Part shown: in pieces, positions 7,958-21,879 of the stretch
How the letters are laid out: each line of letters begins with the position of its first letter
Numbering within the stretch: the stretch's first letter is position 1
Assembly (NCBI GenBank): GCA_963825055.1
Contig: CAWGSK010000012.1
Span: forward strand, 352,001-416,000
Direction of reading: 5' to 3'
DNA length: 64,000 bases
From: an uncultured Gemmatimonadales bacterium
GTDB taxonomy: Bacteria > Gemmatimonadota > Gemmatimonadetes > Gemmatimonadales > GWC2-71-9
Made by a program: the position numbers and the translations under genes
The notes under the pieces: model-generated
Seen by the model: the letters and a program-made list of their open reading frames with translations, nothing else
What the model was told of the DNA's origin: nothing
Database searches by the model: none

Positions 7958-10720
7958 ATGTCGTTCACCCGTCGTCTGCTTGCGACCGCCCTGGTGCTTG
8001 TCGCGGGCGTCGCGCTGCCCGCGGCTGCCCAGTCCAGCACCACCACCATTGACATTCCCTACCAGAAATTCGTCCTCAAGAACGGCCTTACGGTGCTGGT
8101 CCACGAGGACCACAAGGCGCCGATCGTGGCGGTCAATATCTGGTACCACGTCGGCTCCAAGAACGAAAAGCCGGGCCGCACCGGCTTCGCGCATCTCTTC
8201 GAGCACCTGATGTTCAACGGGTCGGAGAACTACAACCACGATTTCTTCGACCCGTTCGAGAAGGCCGGCGCCACCAACCAGAACGGCACCACCAACGAGG
8301 ACCGGACCAACTACTTCGAGAACGTCCCGACCCCCGCCGTGGACATGGCCCTCTGGATGGAGTCCGACCGGATGGGCCACCTCGTCGGCGCCATCGACAC
8401 CGCGAAGCTGAACGAGCAGCGCGGCGTGGTGCAGAACGAGAAACGGCAGGGCGAGAACCAGCCCTACGGCAAGACGGACGAGCTGATCACCGCCGCCACC
8501 TGGCCCGCCACTCACCCCTACAGCTGGACCGTGATCGGCTCGATGGAAGACCTGGACGCCGCGAGCCTGGAGGACGTGCGGCAATGGTTCAAGACGTACT
8601 ACGGGCCCGCGAACGCGGTTCTGGCCATCGCCGGCGACATCGACGCCGCCACCGCCCGGCAGAAGGCCGAGCAATATTTCGGTGATATCCCCTCCGGGCC
8701 GCCGATCTCGAAACAGGACGTCTGGATCGCGAAGCGGACGGGGGAGCACCGGCAGGTGATGCAGGACCGGGTGCCCCAGGCCCGCCTCTACAAGGTGTGG
8801 AACATCCCGCAGTACGGTGACGCCCAGGCCCGCTACCTGGACCTGGTGAGCGACGTCCTCGGCGCCGGCAAGACGTCCCGCCTCTACAAGCGCCTGGTCT
8901 ATGACGACCAGATCGCCACCGATGTTGCCGCCTACGTGGACCTCCGCGAGATCGGCGGCCAGTTCTACATCCGGGCCACCGCCCGGCCGGGTCAGGATCT
9001 CTCGGCGGTGGAGAAAGCCGTTGACGAGGAACTCGCCCGATTCCTGAAGGAAGGCCCGACGGCGGAGGAGATGTCCCGGATCAAGACGCAGTTCCGGGCG
9101 CGGTTCGTCCGGGGCGTGGAGCAGATCGGCGGGTTCGGCGGGAAGTCCGACGTCCTGGCGCAGAATCAGGTCTACATGAACGACCCGTCGTTCTACAAGA
9201 CCACGCTGGACCGGGTGGCGAACGCGACGGCCGACGACCTGGCGGGGGCGGCCCGCGACTGGCTCTCCGACGGGGTCTACGTGCTCGAGGTGCATCCGTT
9301 CCCGAACTACGCCACGACCGCAAGCACGGTCGACCGCTCGAAGCTCCCGGACATCGGGGCCTCGCCGAAGGTGGCCTTCCCGACCCTTGAGCGGGCCACG
9401 CTGTCCAACGGGCTCAAGATCGTCTTCGCGAAGCGGGATGCGGTGCCGGTCGTGAACCTGACCCTGCTGGTGGACGCCGGGTACGCCGCGGACCAGTTTG
9501 GCAAGCCGGGCACGGCCAGCCTCGCGATGAACATGCTGGATGAGGGCACGAAGTCCCGCAACGCGCTTCAGATCAGCGAGGAACTGGCCCAGCTGGGCGC
9601 CAACCTCGGTACGGGGTCCTCGCTGGACATGTCCCAGGTGTCCCTCTCGGCACTCAAGAGCAACCTGGACCAGTCCCTGGCACTCTACGCCGACGTCATC
9701 CTGAGCCCCAGCTTCCCGGCCGACGAGTTCGACCGGCTCCAGAAGCAGCAGCTCGCCCGGATCCAGCGGGAGAAGGTGACGCCGCTCCAGATGGCGCTGC
9801 GGGTCTTTCCCCGCCTGCTCTACGGGGAAGGGCATGCCTATGGCAACTCCTACACCGGCACCGGGACGGAGGCCAGCGTCAGCAGCATGGCCACGAGCGA
9901 CCTCCAGAAGTTCCACAACACGTGGTTCAAGCCGAACAATGCCACGCTGGTGGTCGTGGGCAACACGACCATGAACGAGATCCGGCCGAAGCTGGAGAAG
10001 CTGTTCAGTGGCTGGAAGCGCGGCGAGGTGCCGAAGAAGAACCTGGCCACCGTGAAGATGCCCGACAAGCCGGTGGTCTACCTGATCGACCGCCCCGGCT
10101 CGGACCAGTCGATCATCTTCGCTGGCAACGTCGCACCGCCCAAGGCGAATCCTGACGAGATCGGCATCGACGTCATGAACGACATCCTGGGCGGAAAGTT
10201 CGGCTCGCGGGTGAACATGAACCTGCGGGAAGACAAGCACTGGGCCTATGGTGCCTTCACCCTGCTGCTCGACGCGCGCGGACAGCGACCCTTCATCGCA
10301 TATGCCCCGGTGCAGACGGACAAGACAGCCGAGTCCATGGCGGAGGTCCAGAAGGAACTGGAAGGCATCCTCGGCCAGCGCCCGGTCACGGCGGATGAAC
10401 TGACCACGGCCAAGGCCAACCTGACCCTGACGCTCCCGGGGCGCTGGGAGACGATGGGCGCCGTGGGGGGCTCGATCAACGAGATCGTGACCTTCGGGCT
10501 CGATGACCGCTACTGGGACACCTACGGCGCGAAGGTCGACGCCCTGCGGGCCGCCGACGTGGTGCCGGCCGCGAAGAAGGTCGTTGCCCCCTCACACCTG
10601 GTCTGGGTGATCGTGGGAGACCGCGAGAAGATCGAGGACAAGGTCCGCGCCCTGAACCTGGGCGAGGTCCGGTTCCTGGATGCCGACGGGAAGCCGGCAG
10701 GGGAGACGGCGGGACGGTAG
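7958..10720 (+). CDS. M16 (pitrilysin/PqqL-like) zinc metallopeptidase, secreted
   Basis: Signal peptide; inverted zinc motif HLFEH; two M16 halves; 'NLREDKHWAYG'. Confidence 0.95.
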   Translation: MSFTRRLLATALVLVAGVALPAAAQSSTTTIDIPYQKFVLKNGLTVLVHEDHKAPIVAVNIWYHVGSKNEKPGRTGFAHLFEHLMFNGSENYNHDFFDPFEKAGATNQNGTTNEDRTNYFENVPTPAVDMALWMESDRMGHLVGAIDTAKLNEQRGVVQNEKRQGENQPYGKTDELITAATWPATHPYSWTVIGSMEDLDAASLEDVRQWFKTYYGPANAVLAIAGDIDAATARQKAEQYFGDIPSGPPISKQDVWIAKRTGEHRQVMQDRVPQARLYKVWNIPQYGDAQARYLDLVSDVLGAGKTSRLYKRLVYDDQIATDVAAYVDLREIGGQFYIRATARPGQDLSAVEKAVDEELARFLKEGPTAEEMSRIKTQFRARFVRGVEQIGGFGGKSDVLAQNQVYMNDPSFYKTTLDRVANATADDLAGAARDWLSDGVYVLEVHPFPNYATTASTVDRSKLPDIGASPKVAFPTLERATLSNGLKIVFAKRDAVPVVNLTLLVDAGYAADQFGKPGTASLAMNMLDEGTKSRNALQISEELAQLGANLGTGSSLDMSQVSLSALKSNLDQSLALYADVILSPSFPADEFDRLQKQQLARIQREKVTPLQMALRVFPRLLYGEGHAYGNSYTGTGTEASVSSMATSDLQKFHNTWFKPNNATLVVVGNTTMNEIRPKLEKLFSGWKRGEVPKKNLATVKMPDKPVVYLIDRPGSDQSIIFAGNVAPPKANPDEIGIDVMNDILGGKFGSRVNMNLREDKHWAYGAFTLLLDARGQRPFIAYAPVQTDKTAESMAEVQKELEGILGQRPVTADELTTAKANLTLTLPGRWETMGAVGGSINEIVTFGLDDRYWDTYGAKVDALRAADVVPAAKKVVAPSHLVWVIVGDREKIEDKVRALNLGEVRFLDADGKPAGETAGR

Positions 10721-10725
10721 ATGGA

Positions 10726-10845
10726 GTGACTGGTGACTAGTGACTGGTGACCGGTGTTTCAAGGGGAGATCCGTGCCCAATGGCCAGATCTCCCCTTGAA
10801 GCACTACTCACTACTCACTACTCACTAGTCACTAGTCACTAGTCA

Positions 10846-10849
<4 letters not shown>
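10726..10849. repeat. ~120-nt fold-back with heptamer arms and 14-bp perfect core; probable bidirectional terminator/REP-like element
   Basis: GTGACTR x4, TTCAAGGGGAGATC..GATCTCCCCTTGAA, CACTACT x3 + CACTAGT x3; between convergent M16 peptidase and icd. Confidence 0.9.
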
Positions 10850-12102
<1,253 letters not shown>

Positions 12103-12192
12103 TGCTCGGCCTTGTGATATGATTGAGGACGGTGCGGTCGCGGTCCCGACCCGGCGACGCCGACCGCACGAAAGATAGGCGTATGGAGGCTC

Positions 12193-13908
12193 ATGGCCAC
12201 ACCTGCGGAAACTGCCCGGCGCGTCCTCCAGTCCCACGCGGCGTATCGCGCGCGCTTCTCGTCCATCACCCATCGAGCTGAAGACCGTTTCCTGTCGCGA
12301 GACTGGCAGGCGGGCCAGGCGGATGCCCGCGAGCGCCTCCTCTGCTATGGCGAGGAGGTGGAGCGGGTGGTGGCCGACCTGCGGGAAACCCTCGGTGCCG
12401 CGGCGCGGAACGCGTTCTACTGGCGCGGTGTGAAGTCGGAGTACGGGCAATTCGTGGCCGGGCGTGGCGACGAGGAACTGACCCGGACATTCTATAACTC
12501 CGTGAGCCGGCGGGTGCTGGGGACCGTAGGGGTGGAGCCGGCGGCGGAATACGTCGGTTCCACCCGGGAGCGCCGCCGGCCCCTGGCCGACGAGCCGGAA
12601 CTGCACGTGACGCTCCCGGCGGAAGGCAGCCTGGAGGAGGTTGTGACCTCGTTGCTCGGGCGGTTTTCCTTCGCGTCCGGACTGGAGAATCCCGGCCGGG
12701 ACGCCGTGCTCGTGGCCTCGGCGCTCCGCCGCGAGCTCCGGACGGAGGAGGAGGGCAGGGAACTGCGGGACTTGCAGGTCCTGCCCATGCCGTTCTACCG
12801 GAACAAGGGCGCCTACGTGATCGGGCGAGCGCGCACCGGGTCGGGCCTCTGGCCGTTCGTACTGGCGCTGGTGCACCCGCCGGAAGGCGTCCGGGTGGAT
12901 GCGGCGCTCTTCGCGTCGGACGAGGTCAGCATCGTCTTCAGCTTCACCCGCTCGTACTTCCATGTGGAAGCCGATCGTCCCCGCGCGATCGTGGCCTTTC
13001 TCCGGAGCATCATGCCGCAGAAGCCGGTGGATGAGCTCTACACGGCCCTGGGGCATCACAAACACGGCAAGACCCTCCTTTTCCGCAACATCGTCCGGCA
13101 CCTCGAACAGTCGAATGCCGGTTTCGAGCCGGCCCCGGGGGCCCGGGGGCTGGTGATGGCCGTATTCGCCCTTCCCTCGCTGCACACCGTCTTCAAGGTC
13201 ATCCGCGACCGGTTCGGGGCGCCCAAGACCGCGAGCCGGGACGAGGTGCGGACCAAGTACGGCCTGGTCTTCACCCATGACCGGGTCGGCCGGCTGGCCG
13301 ATGCGCACGAGTTTGCCGAACTCGAGTTCGAGCGCGAGCGGTTTGCCCCTGAGGTGCTGGAGGAACTTCTGGAGGAGGCTGCCGAATCGGTCCGGGTGGA
13401 CGGCGGCCGGATGGTCATCCGTCACCTGTACACCGAGCGGCTGGTGACGCCGCTCAACCTTTACCTGAAGGTTGCCGGCCCTGACCAAGCCCGTGCGGCG
13501 ATCCTGGACTACGGGCAGGCCATCAAGGACCTCGCCGCCGCGAACATCTTCACCGGGGACATGCTGCTCAAGAACTTCGGCGTCACCCGGCACGGCAGGG
13601 TGATCTTCTATGACTACGACGAGCTCTGCTTCATCACTGACTGCAATTTCCGGCGGCTTCCCGAGGCGCGGGATCCGGTGGAGGAAATGGCCGCCGAGCC
13701 GTGGTATTCGGTCGGTGAGCACGATGTCTTTCCGGAGGAATTCCGGGCCTACTTCCTGCTGCCGGGGGAACTCGGCGATGTCTTCCAGGAGGCCCACGGC
13801 GACCTCATGACCCTCGAGTTCTGGCGACGGATGCAGGACCAGGCCCGCGCGGGGGCGGTGCTGGATGTGTATCCGTACCCTCCCTCCAGGCGGTTCCAGC
13901 CTGGCTGA
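12193..13908 (+). CDS. aceK: Isocitrate dehydrogenase kinase/phosphatase
   Basis: [64 protein letters not shown]. Confidence 0.96.
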   Translation: MATPAETARRVLQSHAAYRARFSSITHRAEDRFLSRDWQAGQADARERLLCYGEEVERVVADLRETLGAAARNAFYWRGVKSEYGQFVAGRGDEELTRTFYNSVSRRVLGTVGVEPAAEYVGSTRERRRPLADEPELHVTLPAEGSLEEVVTSLLGRFSFASGLENPGRDAVLVASALRRELRTEEEGRELRDLQVLPMPFYRNKGAYVIGRARTGSGLWPFVLALVHPPEGVRVDAALFASDEVSIVFSFTRSYFHVEADRPRAIVAFLRSIMPQKPVDELYTALGHHKHGKTLLFRNIVRHLEQSNAGFEPAPGARGLVMAVFALPSLHTVFKVIRDRFGAPKTASRDEVRTKYGLVFTHDRVGRLADAHEFAELEFERERFAPEVLEELLEEAAESVRVDGGRMVIRHLYTERLVTPLNLYLKVAGPDQARAAILDYGQAIKDLAAANIFTGDMLLKNFGVTRHGRVIFYDYDELCFITDCNFRRLPEARDPVEEMAAEPWYSVGEHDVFPEEFRAYFLLPGELGDVFQEAHGDLMTLEFWRRMQDQARAGAVLDVYPYPPSRRFQPG

Positions 13909-13943
13909 ACACCGAGGACGTGGAGCCCCATTCCCCATCGGCC

Positions 13944-13967
13944 TCCGCCTGTCCGCCTGTCCGCCTG
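13944..13967. repeat. Octamer tandem repeat TCCGCCTG x3
   Basis: Exact reverse complement of the CAGGCGGA repeat at 37790-37808. Confidence 0.75.
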
Positions 13968-14131
13968 CCCCTTGTGAAAGTCCTGCCGCAATGCGCGTCT
14001 CCGGATGAGGCACGCCCCGATCCGGGTTTGGCCGCCCCCTTGGACCCGCGTTGCCCCGACATTCCCACATACCGCTTGCGGGCGGCGGCGTGAACGGCAT
14101 ACTCGACATCAACCTGACTTGAGGATGTTCG

Positions 14132-17100
14132 ATGCGCACGTCGCGTGTCCTGGTCGTCATCATACTCACCCTGGCGGTTTCGGCCCCTCCACTGTTCGCC
14201 CAGAAACCGGGGATGCCGTCCCCTGGGTTCGGACTGTTCGCGTCCGCTTACCGCGCATTCGAGGTCAACCGCGTCTCCTGTGGGATCCGCAACACCGGCG
14301 CAGTGTGCCAGGACGACAACAGCACCGTGTTCACCGGCGCCCTCTGGCCCGGCAATTCACACCTCAGCTACATGTTCAGTTCTGGTCCAGCCGTAGCCGG
14401 TATCGTCGGGGTCAACGGTGCGTCGTGGGCGGGTGATACCGCCGGAGGTTATTTCTACGACCCCCGGGGAACCATGGAACACGGGCTTCCGATTACCGGG
14501 ATCCTGAGTGCGACTGACCCCGCTGACCGGGCGTCCTGGCCCGATGCCGCTCGCGTTCCCGGGCCACCGAACTACCCGTTCGCTGCGGCGGGTTCCATAT
14601 CCATCAGTGAGGGCGACGCCTGGTGGCTGACCTGGGAAGGCAATCCAGCGCTCCTGTCGGGCCGGGTCCATCCCCTGGGGATCGTCGCCGAATTTCGCGT
14701 CCTGGGCTGGAACTATCCCCTGGGCAACGAAGACGTCATCTACGCCGTTGTCACCTACCATAACATCACATCGCTTGAGGCGGGCGACTATGCGGGCGTC
14801 AGGGCCGGGCTTCGTGACACGCTGCTCTCGGCCGCGGCGAGGTTCCATCGGATGAACGACTCCACGTTCGGAATCACTCTCCCTCCCGGCGGCTATTCGA
14901 TTGAGGAGTTCTACGCAGCGTGGAACGCGGATCCCGATGTAGGGTCAATCGGCTCGAACTACGGCAGTGTCAATGTTCCGCTGGGTCTGGCGTACGCCTG
15001 GGAGCCCTCCTTCAGGGTAGTGTCCTATGCCCTGTACGATCCGGCCGTGTTCGGCTCTCCGTTCTTCCCCGGTAGTGGATTGGTCGGAATCGCTCCGCTC
15101 GGCCGGCCGCTCGCCGTCTTCACCGGAACTTCAAATGGTGGGGTAGTTGAAGATCCAATGAGCCTCGGAGACTTGTACCGCCGCGCAACGGGTGATTTCG
15201 GAGGGGCGGGCAGCTCGTGCACGCTTGATCCGCGGATCGACCATATCTGTTTCATACGCACCGCCGGCCCCTTTGACATTCGATCGTTTCAAGCTGTGGG
15301 CCCGATGACCGTCCCGCCGGGACAGTCCGTGACGGTTCCCATGGCCTTCGTGTTTGCGGCTCCCCTTCCCGGCGGTGGGTGCCCAGCGGCAACCTGTGCC
15401 GTTGGAGTGGGCAGTCTGTCGGTTGTCGCCGGCATGTCCGATCCTGCGATCGTGGCCGCGGGGGTGAACCCGATCGACACCATCGCGGGTTTCCTCGGGC
15501 GCAGGACGCGAGCGGGGACGGGGTGCTCCAGGGAGACGAGTTCATCACCGAGCCGCGTTCGCTGTACTGGAAGGCCCAGGTGGCGCGGGCGCTGTTCGAC
15601 CACCAGTTCCTGCTGCCCCAGGCCCCGGCGGCGCCGGACTTCTTCCTGATTCCGGAGCGGGATGCCGTCACGGTAGTGTGGCGGCCGAGCATCTCCGAGC
15701 AGACCGGAGATCCGTATTACGACCTGGCAAACGGGGCGCGGATCGTGAATGCCCAGGGCGCCTCGGTGGTCAACGTGCTCTACGATCCGAACTACCGGCA
15801 GTTCGACGTGGAGGGATACCGGATCTACCGGGGGCGGGTGGACGATCCGGTGGCGCTGGAGCTGGTGGCGCAGTTCGACTACAGCGGCACGACGATGTCC
15901 GACTACGGCGGCTACGTCAACGCCGCGCAGTCCTGCGCCCCCGAACTGCAGGTGACGTCCGGGTGTCTCACCACGTACGACCCCCGGGTGCCGGGCGTGG
16001 CACAGGCGGCCCACCGGGACGAGCCGATTGTAGGGCCTTTCATCCAGACCCGGCTCGGCGACCGCATCGTCCTGTCCAACAGCCAGGTTGCCGTGCTGCG
16101 GGCGGACACCGTCGGTGCCCACCTTGGCTACCTGGCGGACACCGGGGTTCCGTTCAATTGGAGGGATACGACCGTCCGGCAGGGCTTCCGGTACTTCTAC
16201 ACCGTGACGGCTTTTGACGTGAACTCCCTCCATCCCGGCCCGGCCAGCCAGGAGAGCCCGCGGGTGCTGAAGCCCGTACGCCCCGAGAGCCGGGCCACGA
16301 ACCTGGTGACCGGCGGTGCGATTACCGGTCGGCGGCTGTTGGGGCGGGGCATCGTGCTGGACACGGCGCCGACGACGACGCTCCGACTACCCCGGATCGA
16401 GCCCTCGACGGGACGGTTCGCGGGGCCCTTCCGCCCGCGTCCGCATGGGATCTGACTTTTGATGCATTCGTCCCGGCACTGCTCGACTCGGGAAGTGTCC
16501 GGGCGACGCTGGACAGCGTCCACCTGGGATCGCCATACGCCAACATCCCGCACGTGTACTGGTGGACGGCGCGGAGCGGCTCGGCCGAGACGACGGTTTC
16601 GCTGCCGGTCCTGCACAATCAGGAGATTGGAGTCTCGAGCGGGACGTCGCCCGTGAATGCGGTTCCTGTTGAAGCGGCGCTCGTGGGGCGGTATGGAGGG
16701 GCGGCTGGCTATCGGCTGCCGATCCAGATCACGCAGTCCCTGACGGGAGCCGACTACGCCGGCCTCTATGGCCGGGGATGCATCAATGGACGGCCGGGAT
16801 TCGACCAGTCGTTCAACGGGGAGTGTGCCTATAACGGGTCGCGGTGGTTTGACGGGCCTTCACCGGAGAAGAACGAGACGAAAATCCATCCCAACGCAGG
16901 GAACCAGGCGAACAGCACGGGCACCCCGGTGACGAATTACAACAATGCCGGTGAACTGACCGGGGTGGTGACGATCCACAACACCCAGGCCTACCAGTCG
17001 GTGGGCGGGGCCGAGTACCGCCCCGTCGAAGGCATCAAGGCCGGGGCGCACCGGGCGGCGGACTTGAACGTGTACTGGGGGAGTGGGGGCCAGGTGGATT

Positions 17101-17974
17101 CGGTCATCGACATTACGCACAATGTGCCGGTGCCTTTCAGTCCGGATATGGGGCTGACCTGGGGCATCCTCAACAGCCCGGCGGCGTCCGCATCGGGGTC
17201 GTACGACCAGCGCCCGGAACTGTGGGCCACGGACATGGGCTGCGTCGAACCGCTCGATCCTACACGACCACCATCTCCTGTGGGACCGCCGGACCGCACT
17301 ACCAGCTTGCGAACGTAGCGTTACCGGGCCCGATCGTGTTCTTCAGCCCGGATCTCTCCGCCGCGCGCACGGCTCCCGCCGCCGTGAACGCGGGCGTCGT
17401 TTTCTACCTTGCCGGCGATTTCTTCACCATGGAGTTGACCGGGGGGCTGGTGCCGGCGAAGGGGACGGTCTGGTCGCTCCGCCAGTATATCGGGGCCATC
17501 AGCGGGGGCTCGGGTGATGGCGGGAACTACGGCCCCTACATGTACTCAAATCCCGGCGGATTCTACCCATCGACCGACGCCCTTCTGCCCCTGACCGCCG
17601 CCGGGGTGGAAGTCGAACTGACCTGGAGTGGGGTGAATGCGCTCCGGGCGCCGGTCGCCACGGACCTCGCCGCAGTGCATCCGGTACCCGATCCGTATTA
17701 CCTCGGTAACGCCTGGACCAGCGACCAGGCCCTGCCGGTCATCCGGTTCGTGAACCTGCCCGCCGACGCGATCATCCGGGTCTATACCTCGAGCGGGGTG
17801 CTGGTCCGGCTCCTGGAGCACCACAGCGCCAGTTTCGGTGGCTCCGAAGACTGGGACGTCCGAAGCCGCTCCGGTCGGAAGGTGGCGAGCGGGGTGTATT
17901 TCTTCCATATCGAATCAGGGAATGCCCGGCGCACCGGGCGGATGACGATTGTCAATCCGGACGGGGGGCGCTGA
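14132..17974 (+). CDS. Large secreted protein (~1,280 aa) with Fn3-like region and FlgD-Ig/T9SS-like C-terminal domain; copy 1, apparent frameshifts
   Basis: Signal peptide; consecutive ORFs 14132-15649, 15379-16455, 16554-17318, 17222-17974 join into one protein colinear with copy 2; C-term [16 protein letters not shown]...[39 protein letters not shown]. Confidence 0.75.
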
Positions 17975-17975
17975 A

Positions 17976-20900
17976 ATGCCGTCCAGAACGGTGAGCCATC
18001 TGCGACCTTGCTCCTGCTCACCTCCTTGCTGGCGCCTGGCGCGGCTGCTCAGACACCGAACGGGCGCGGGTTCAGCCTTTTCGGCGCGGCTGCGAGCACC
18101 CTTCAGGTGAACCGGGTTTCGTGTGGGATGAAGAACCTGGGCCAGATCTGCACCTCTCAGAGCAGTGCGCGCGGCGGGGGCTTCTGGCCGGGGGACGCTT
18201 CCCCAGGGGGGGCAATACATCTTCGCCTCGGGCCCTTTCATTGCGAGCATCATCGGTCCGGACGGAGGACCGTGGGCGGGCGACACCGCGGGAGGCCGGT
18301 TCTTCGATCTAACTGCACGGGTTGACGCGACCGCCTTGACGGGTATCCACGATGCGGCGAACCCGGCGGACGTTGTGTCCTGGCCGGAAGCGGCACGAGT
18401 GCCGCCGGGGTATGCTCGCCCCGAGGCTGCAGGCCGCGTTTCCCTGGGTGCAGGCGATCAGTGGTGGCTGTCCTGGGAAGGGGAGCCCACGACGTCGACC
18501 TACGTGAATCGGAGGCATCCGCTGGGCATTCTGGCCGAATTCAGGATGGTCGGGTGGCCCTACCCGTTGGGCAATGACGACGTCATCTACGCGATAATGA
18601 CCTTTTACAACATCACGTCGCTTGATCCCGCTGACTACGCCGGTCCGAGACCGGAAATCCGGGATACCCTGCTCGCCGCGGCGCAGCGGTTCACCAGCTC
18701 AATGACGCCGCCTTCGGCATCACCCTGCCGCAGGGCGGCTATTCCATGACCCGGGTCTATTCCGGCTTGTCGGCGGATCCCGATGTGGGGTCGGCGGGCA
18801 ACAACTTCGTAAGTGTACAGCGTCCGCTCTTTCTCGCATACGCGTGGCAGAACAACTTCTCGCTGCCCCAGTGGACTTACGATCCCGCCGCGTATGGTGC
18901 TCCTTTCTTTGCCGCGCCGGGGCTGGCGGGTACTCTTCCGCTCGGCTCTCCGCCGAAGCTCTTTACTGGAACCACAGGTGGCGGTGGTTTTAGTCCTCCT
19001 CAGACTATCTCCCAGCTCTGGCGCGTTGTGTCCGTCAACATCAACACGGCACTGGGCGATGACGCCTGCAACTTCGACCCGGTGGCCACGCAGATCTGCT
19101 TTATCCGTGGGTCCGGGCCGTTTGACATCCAGTACCTGCAATCGGTTGGCCCCTTCGACCTCGCGCCGGGCGAGAGTGTCACGGTGCCGATGGCCTTCGT
19201 CTTCTCGGCACCCCTGGCCCGGGCTGGCTGTCCGGGGGCAAGCTGCAACATCGCTCCCGGGAGCCCCACCATCATTGCCGGCATGTCCAATCCTGCGGTC
19301 ATGGCCGCAGGGGTGAACCCCATCGACACCATCGCCGGCTTCCTCGGGGCGCAGGATGCGAGTGGGGACGGGGTGCTCCAGGCCGACGAGTTCATACCGA
19401 GCCGCGCTCGCTCTACTGGAAGGCCCAGGTGGCGCAGGCCCTCTTCGACCACCAGTTCCTGCTTCCCCAGGCCCCGGCGGCACCGGACTTCTTCTGATTC
19501 CGGAGCGGGATGCCGTCACGGTCGTGTGGCGGCCGAGCGTCTCCGAGCAGACAGGCGACCCGTATTACGACCTGGCCAGCACCGCCCGGACGATCAATGC
19601 ACAGGGTGCCTCAGTGGTCAACGTTCTCTACGATCCCAACTATCGGCAGTTCGACGTGGAGGGGTACCGGGTCTACCGGGGCCGGGTGGACGACCCGGCG
19701 GCGCTGGAGCTGGTGGCGCAGTTCGACTACTCGGGCACGACCATGTCCGACTACGGCGGCTACGTGAACCCGAACCAGTTCTGCGCGCCGGAACTTGGCG
19801 TGGGTCCGCTGCGCGGCCGCCTTCGACTCCATGGTGCCGGGCATCGCCCGCACGGGCCATGTGGACGTGGACATCGGCTGGCAGTTCGTGCAGACCAGGC
19901 TTGGCGACCGGACGACCCTGCCCAACGGCCTGGTGACGGTACTCCATGCCGACACGTGGGTCGGGACGCCGCGGTATCTGCAGGACACCGGAGTGCCGTT
20001 TTCCTGGCGCGACACGACGGTCCGGCAGGGCTTCCGGTACTTCTACACCGTGACCGCCTTCGACGTGAACTCGCTTCAGTCCGGGCCGGCCAGCCAGGAG
20101 AGCCCGCGCGTGCTCAAGGCCGTCCGGCCGGAAAGCCGGGCAGGCAATCTCGTGGCGGAGGGTCGCCTGACGGCCACCCATCTGATCGGCCGTGGCGTGG
20201 TGTTGGATACGGCGACCATCGCCGGTGCCCAGCCGGATACGATCGAGCCGGCCACGGGACGCTTCAAGCACCCCTTCCCACCCGCCTCCAGCTGGGGGCT
20301 CTCCTTTTACGCCTATGTACCGGCCCTCCTCGATTCGGGGAGTGTCCGGCTCACCCTGGACAGCGCCACGCTGGGTTCCCCCTATGACGGTATCCCCCAT
20401 GTCTACTGGTGGACCAGCCGGAGCGGGGGAGCGACGACCCATTTCTCCCTGCCGGTTCTGCAACACCAGGAAACCGGGGTCGTGTACGCCTCCGTGCAGG
20501 CCAACGCCGTGCCCGTAGCACCGGCGCTGGCCGGCCAGTACGGCGGGGACGCCGGGTACCGGCTGCCGGTCAACCTGTCCCAGGGTTTACCCGGTGCGGA
20601 TTATGCCGGACTGTACGGTCGAGGCTGTGTCAACGGACGCCCCGGGTTCCTCAACGGCTACCAGTACGGTGAGTGCGCCTACAACGGGTCCCGCTGGTTT
20701 GACGGCCCCTCGCCCGCGAAGAACGAGACGAAGGTGCATCCGATCGAAGGCAACCAGGCCAACTTCACTGGCACGCCCGTCACCAACTACAACAACGCGG
20801 GCGAACTGTCCGGCGTGGTCACGATCCATAACACCCAGGCGTATCAATCGGTCGGTGGGGCGGAGTACCGCCCGGTCGAGGGGATCAAGGCGGGCGCCCA

Positions 20901-21804
20901 CCGAGCGGCGGACTTCAATGTCTACTGGGGCAGTGGCGGAAGGGTTGACTCAGTCATCGACATTACGCACAACGTCCCCGTGCCGTTCAGCCCGGACATG
21001 GGGTTGAGCTGGGGCATCCTGAACGGACCGGCGGCATCACTGCCCGGGTCGTACGACCAGCGCCTGGACCTGACCGGGACGGACATGGGGTGTGTCGAGC
21101 CCCTCCGCTCGTACGGGACGACCATCTCCTGCGGCAGCGGCGGGCCGCGATACCAGCTCGCCAATGTCGCCGTCCCGTCTTCCATCGCCTTCTTCAGCCC
21201 GGTCCTGATCGATGCCCGCACGGCCCCAGTGGCGCCGAACGCGGGCATCGTGTTCTACCTCGCGGGCGATTTCTTCACGATGGAACTGGCGGGAGGGCAG
21301 GTGCCGGCGAAAGGGACGGTCTGGTCGCTGCGGCAGTATATCGGCGCCATCACGGGTGGCTCGGGCGACGGGGGCAATTACGGGTCGTATGCGTACTCCA
21401 ACCCCGAAAGCACCCTGCCGCTGACGGCGGCCGGGGTGGAAATCGAACTGACCTGGAGCGGGGTAAACGCCTTGCGCGCCCCGATGAAGTCCGACCTGGC
21501 ATCGGTCCACCCGGTACCGGACCCCTACATGTTCGGCAACGCCTGGACGAATGACCAGGCGCTTCCGGTCATCCGGTTCGTGAACCTCCCGGCCGATGCC
21601 ATCATCCGGATCTACACCTCGAGCGGGGTGCTGGTCCGCCTGCTGGAGCACCACAGCACCACCTTTGGTGGCTCGGAGGACTGGGACGTGCGGACCCGCT
21701 CGGGCCGCAAGGTGGCCAGCGGGGTGTACTTCTTCCACGTGGAATCCGGCGACGCCCGCCGCACCGGCCGGATGACCATCGTGAACCCGGACGGGGGGCG
21801 CTGA
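17976..21804 (+). CDS. Large secreted protein, tandem paralog of 14132-17974; copy 2, apparent frameshifts
   Basis: ORFs 18008-18325, 18165-18749, 18746-19936, 19356-20387, 19795-21804 align piecewise with copy 1; same terminal [11 protein letters not shown]. Confidence 0.75.
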
Positions 21805-21879
21805 CGACGCGCCCCCATTCCATTACCTTCCGGGGCACGGCCGACGCCGGATGCACTGTGTCCCCCGTCCCGGAAGCGT

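Noticed and set aside
7694..10240. Long antisense ORFs (848 aa here; also 52525-54201, 30939-32615 and others)
   Set aside because: Mirror frames of well-supported sense genes, with no motifs
14132..21804. Diversity-generating retroelement template/variable repeat pair
   Set aside because: Differences between copies are mostly synonymous third-position changes, not adenine-specific, and no reverse transcriptase is present
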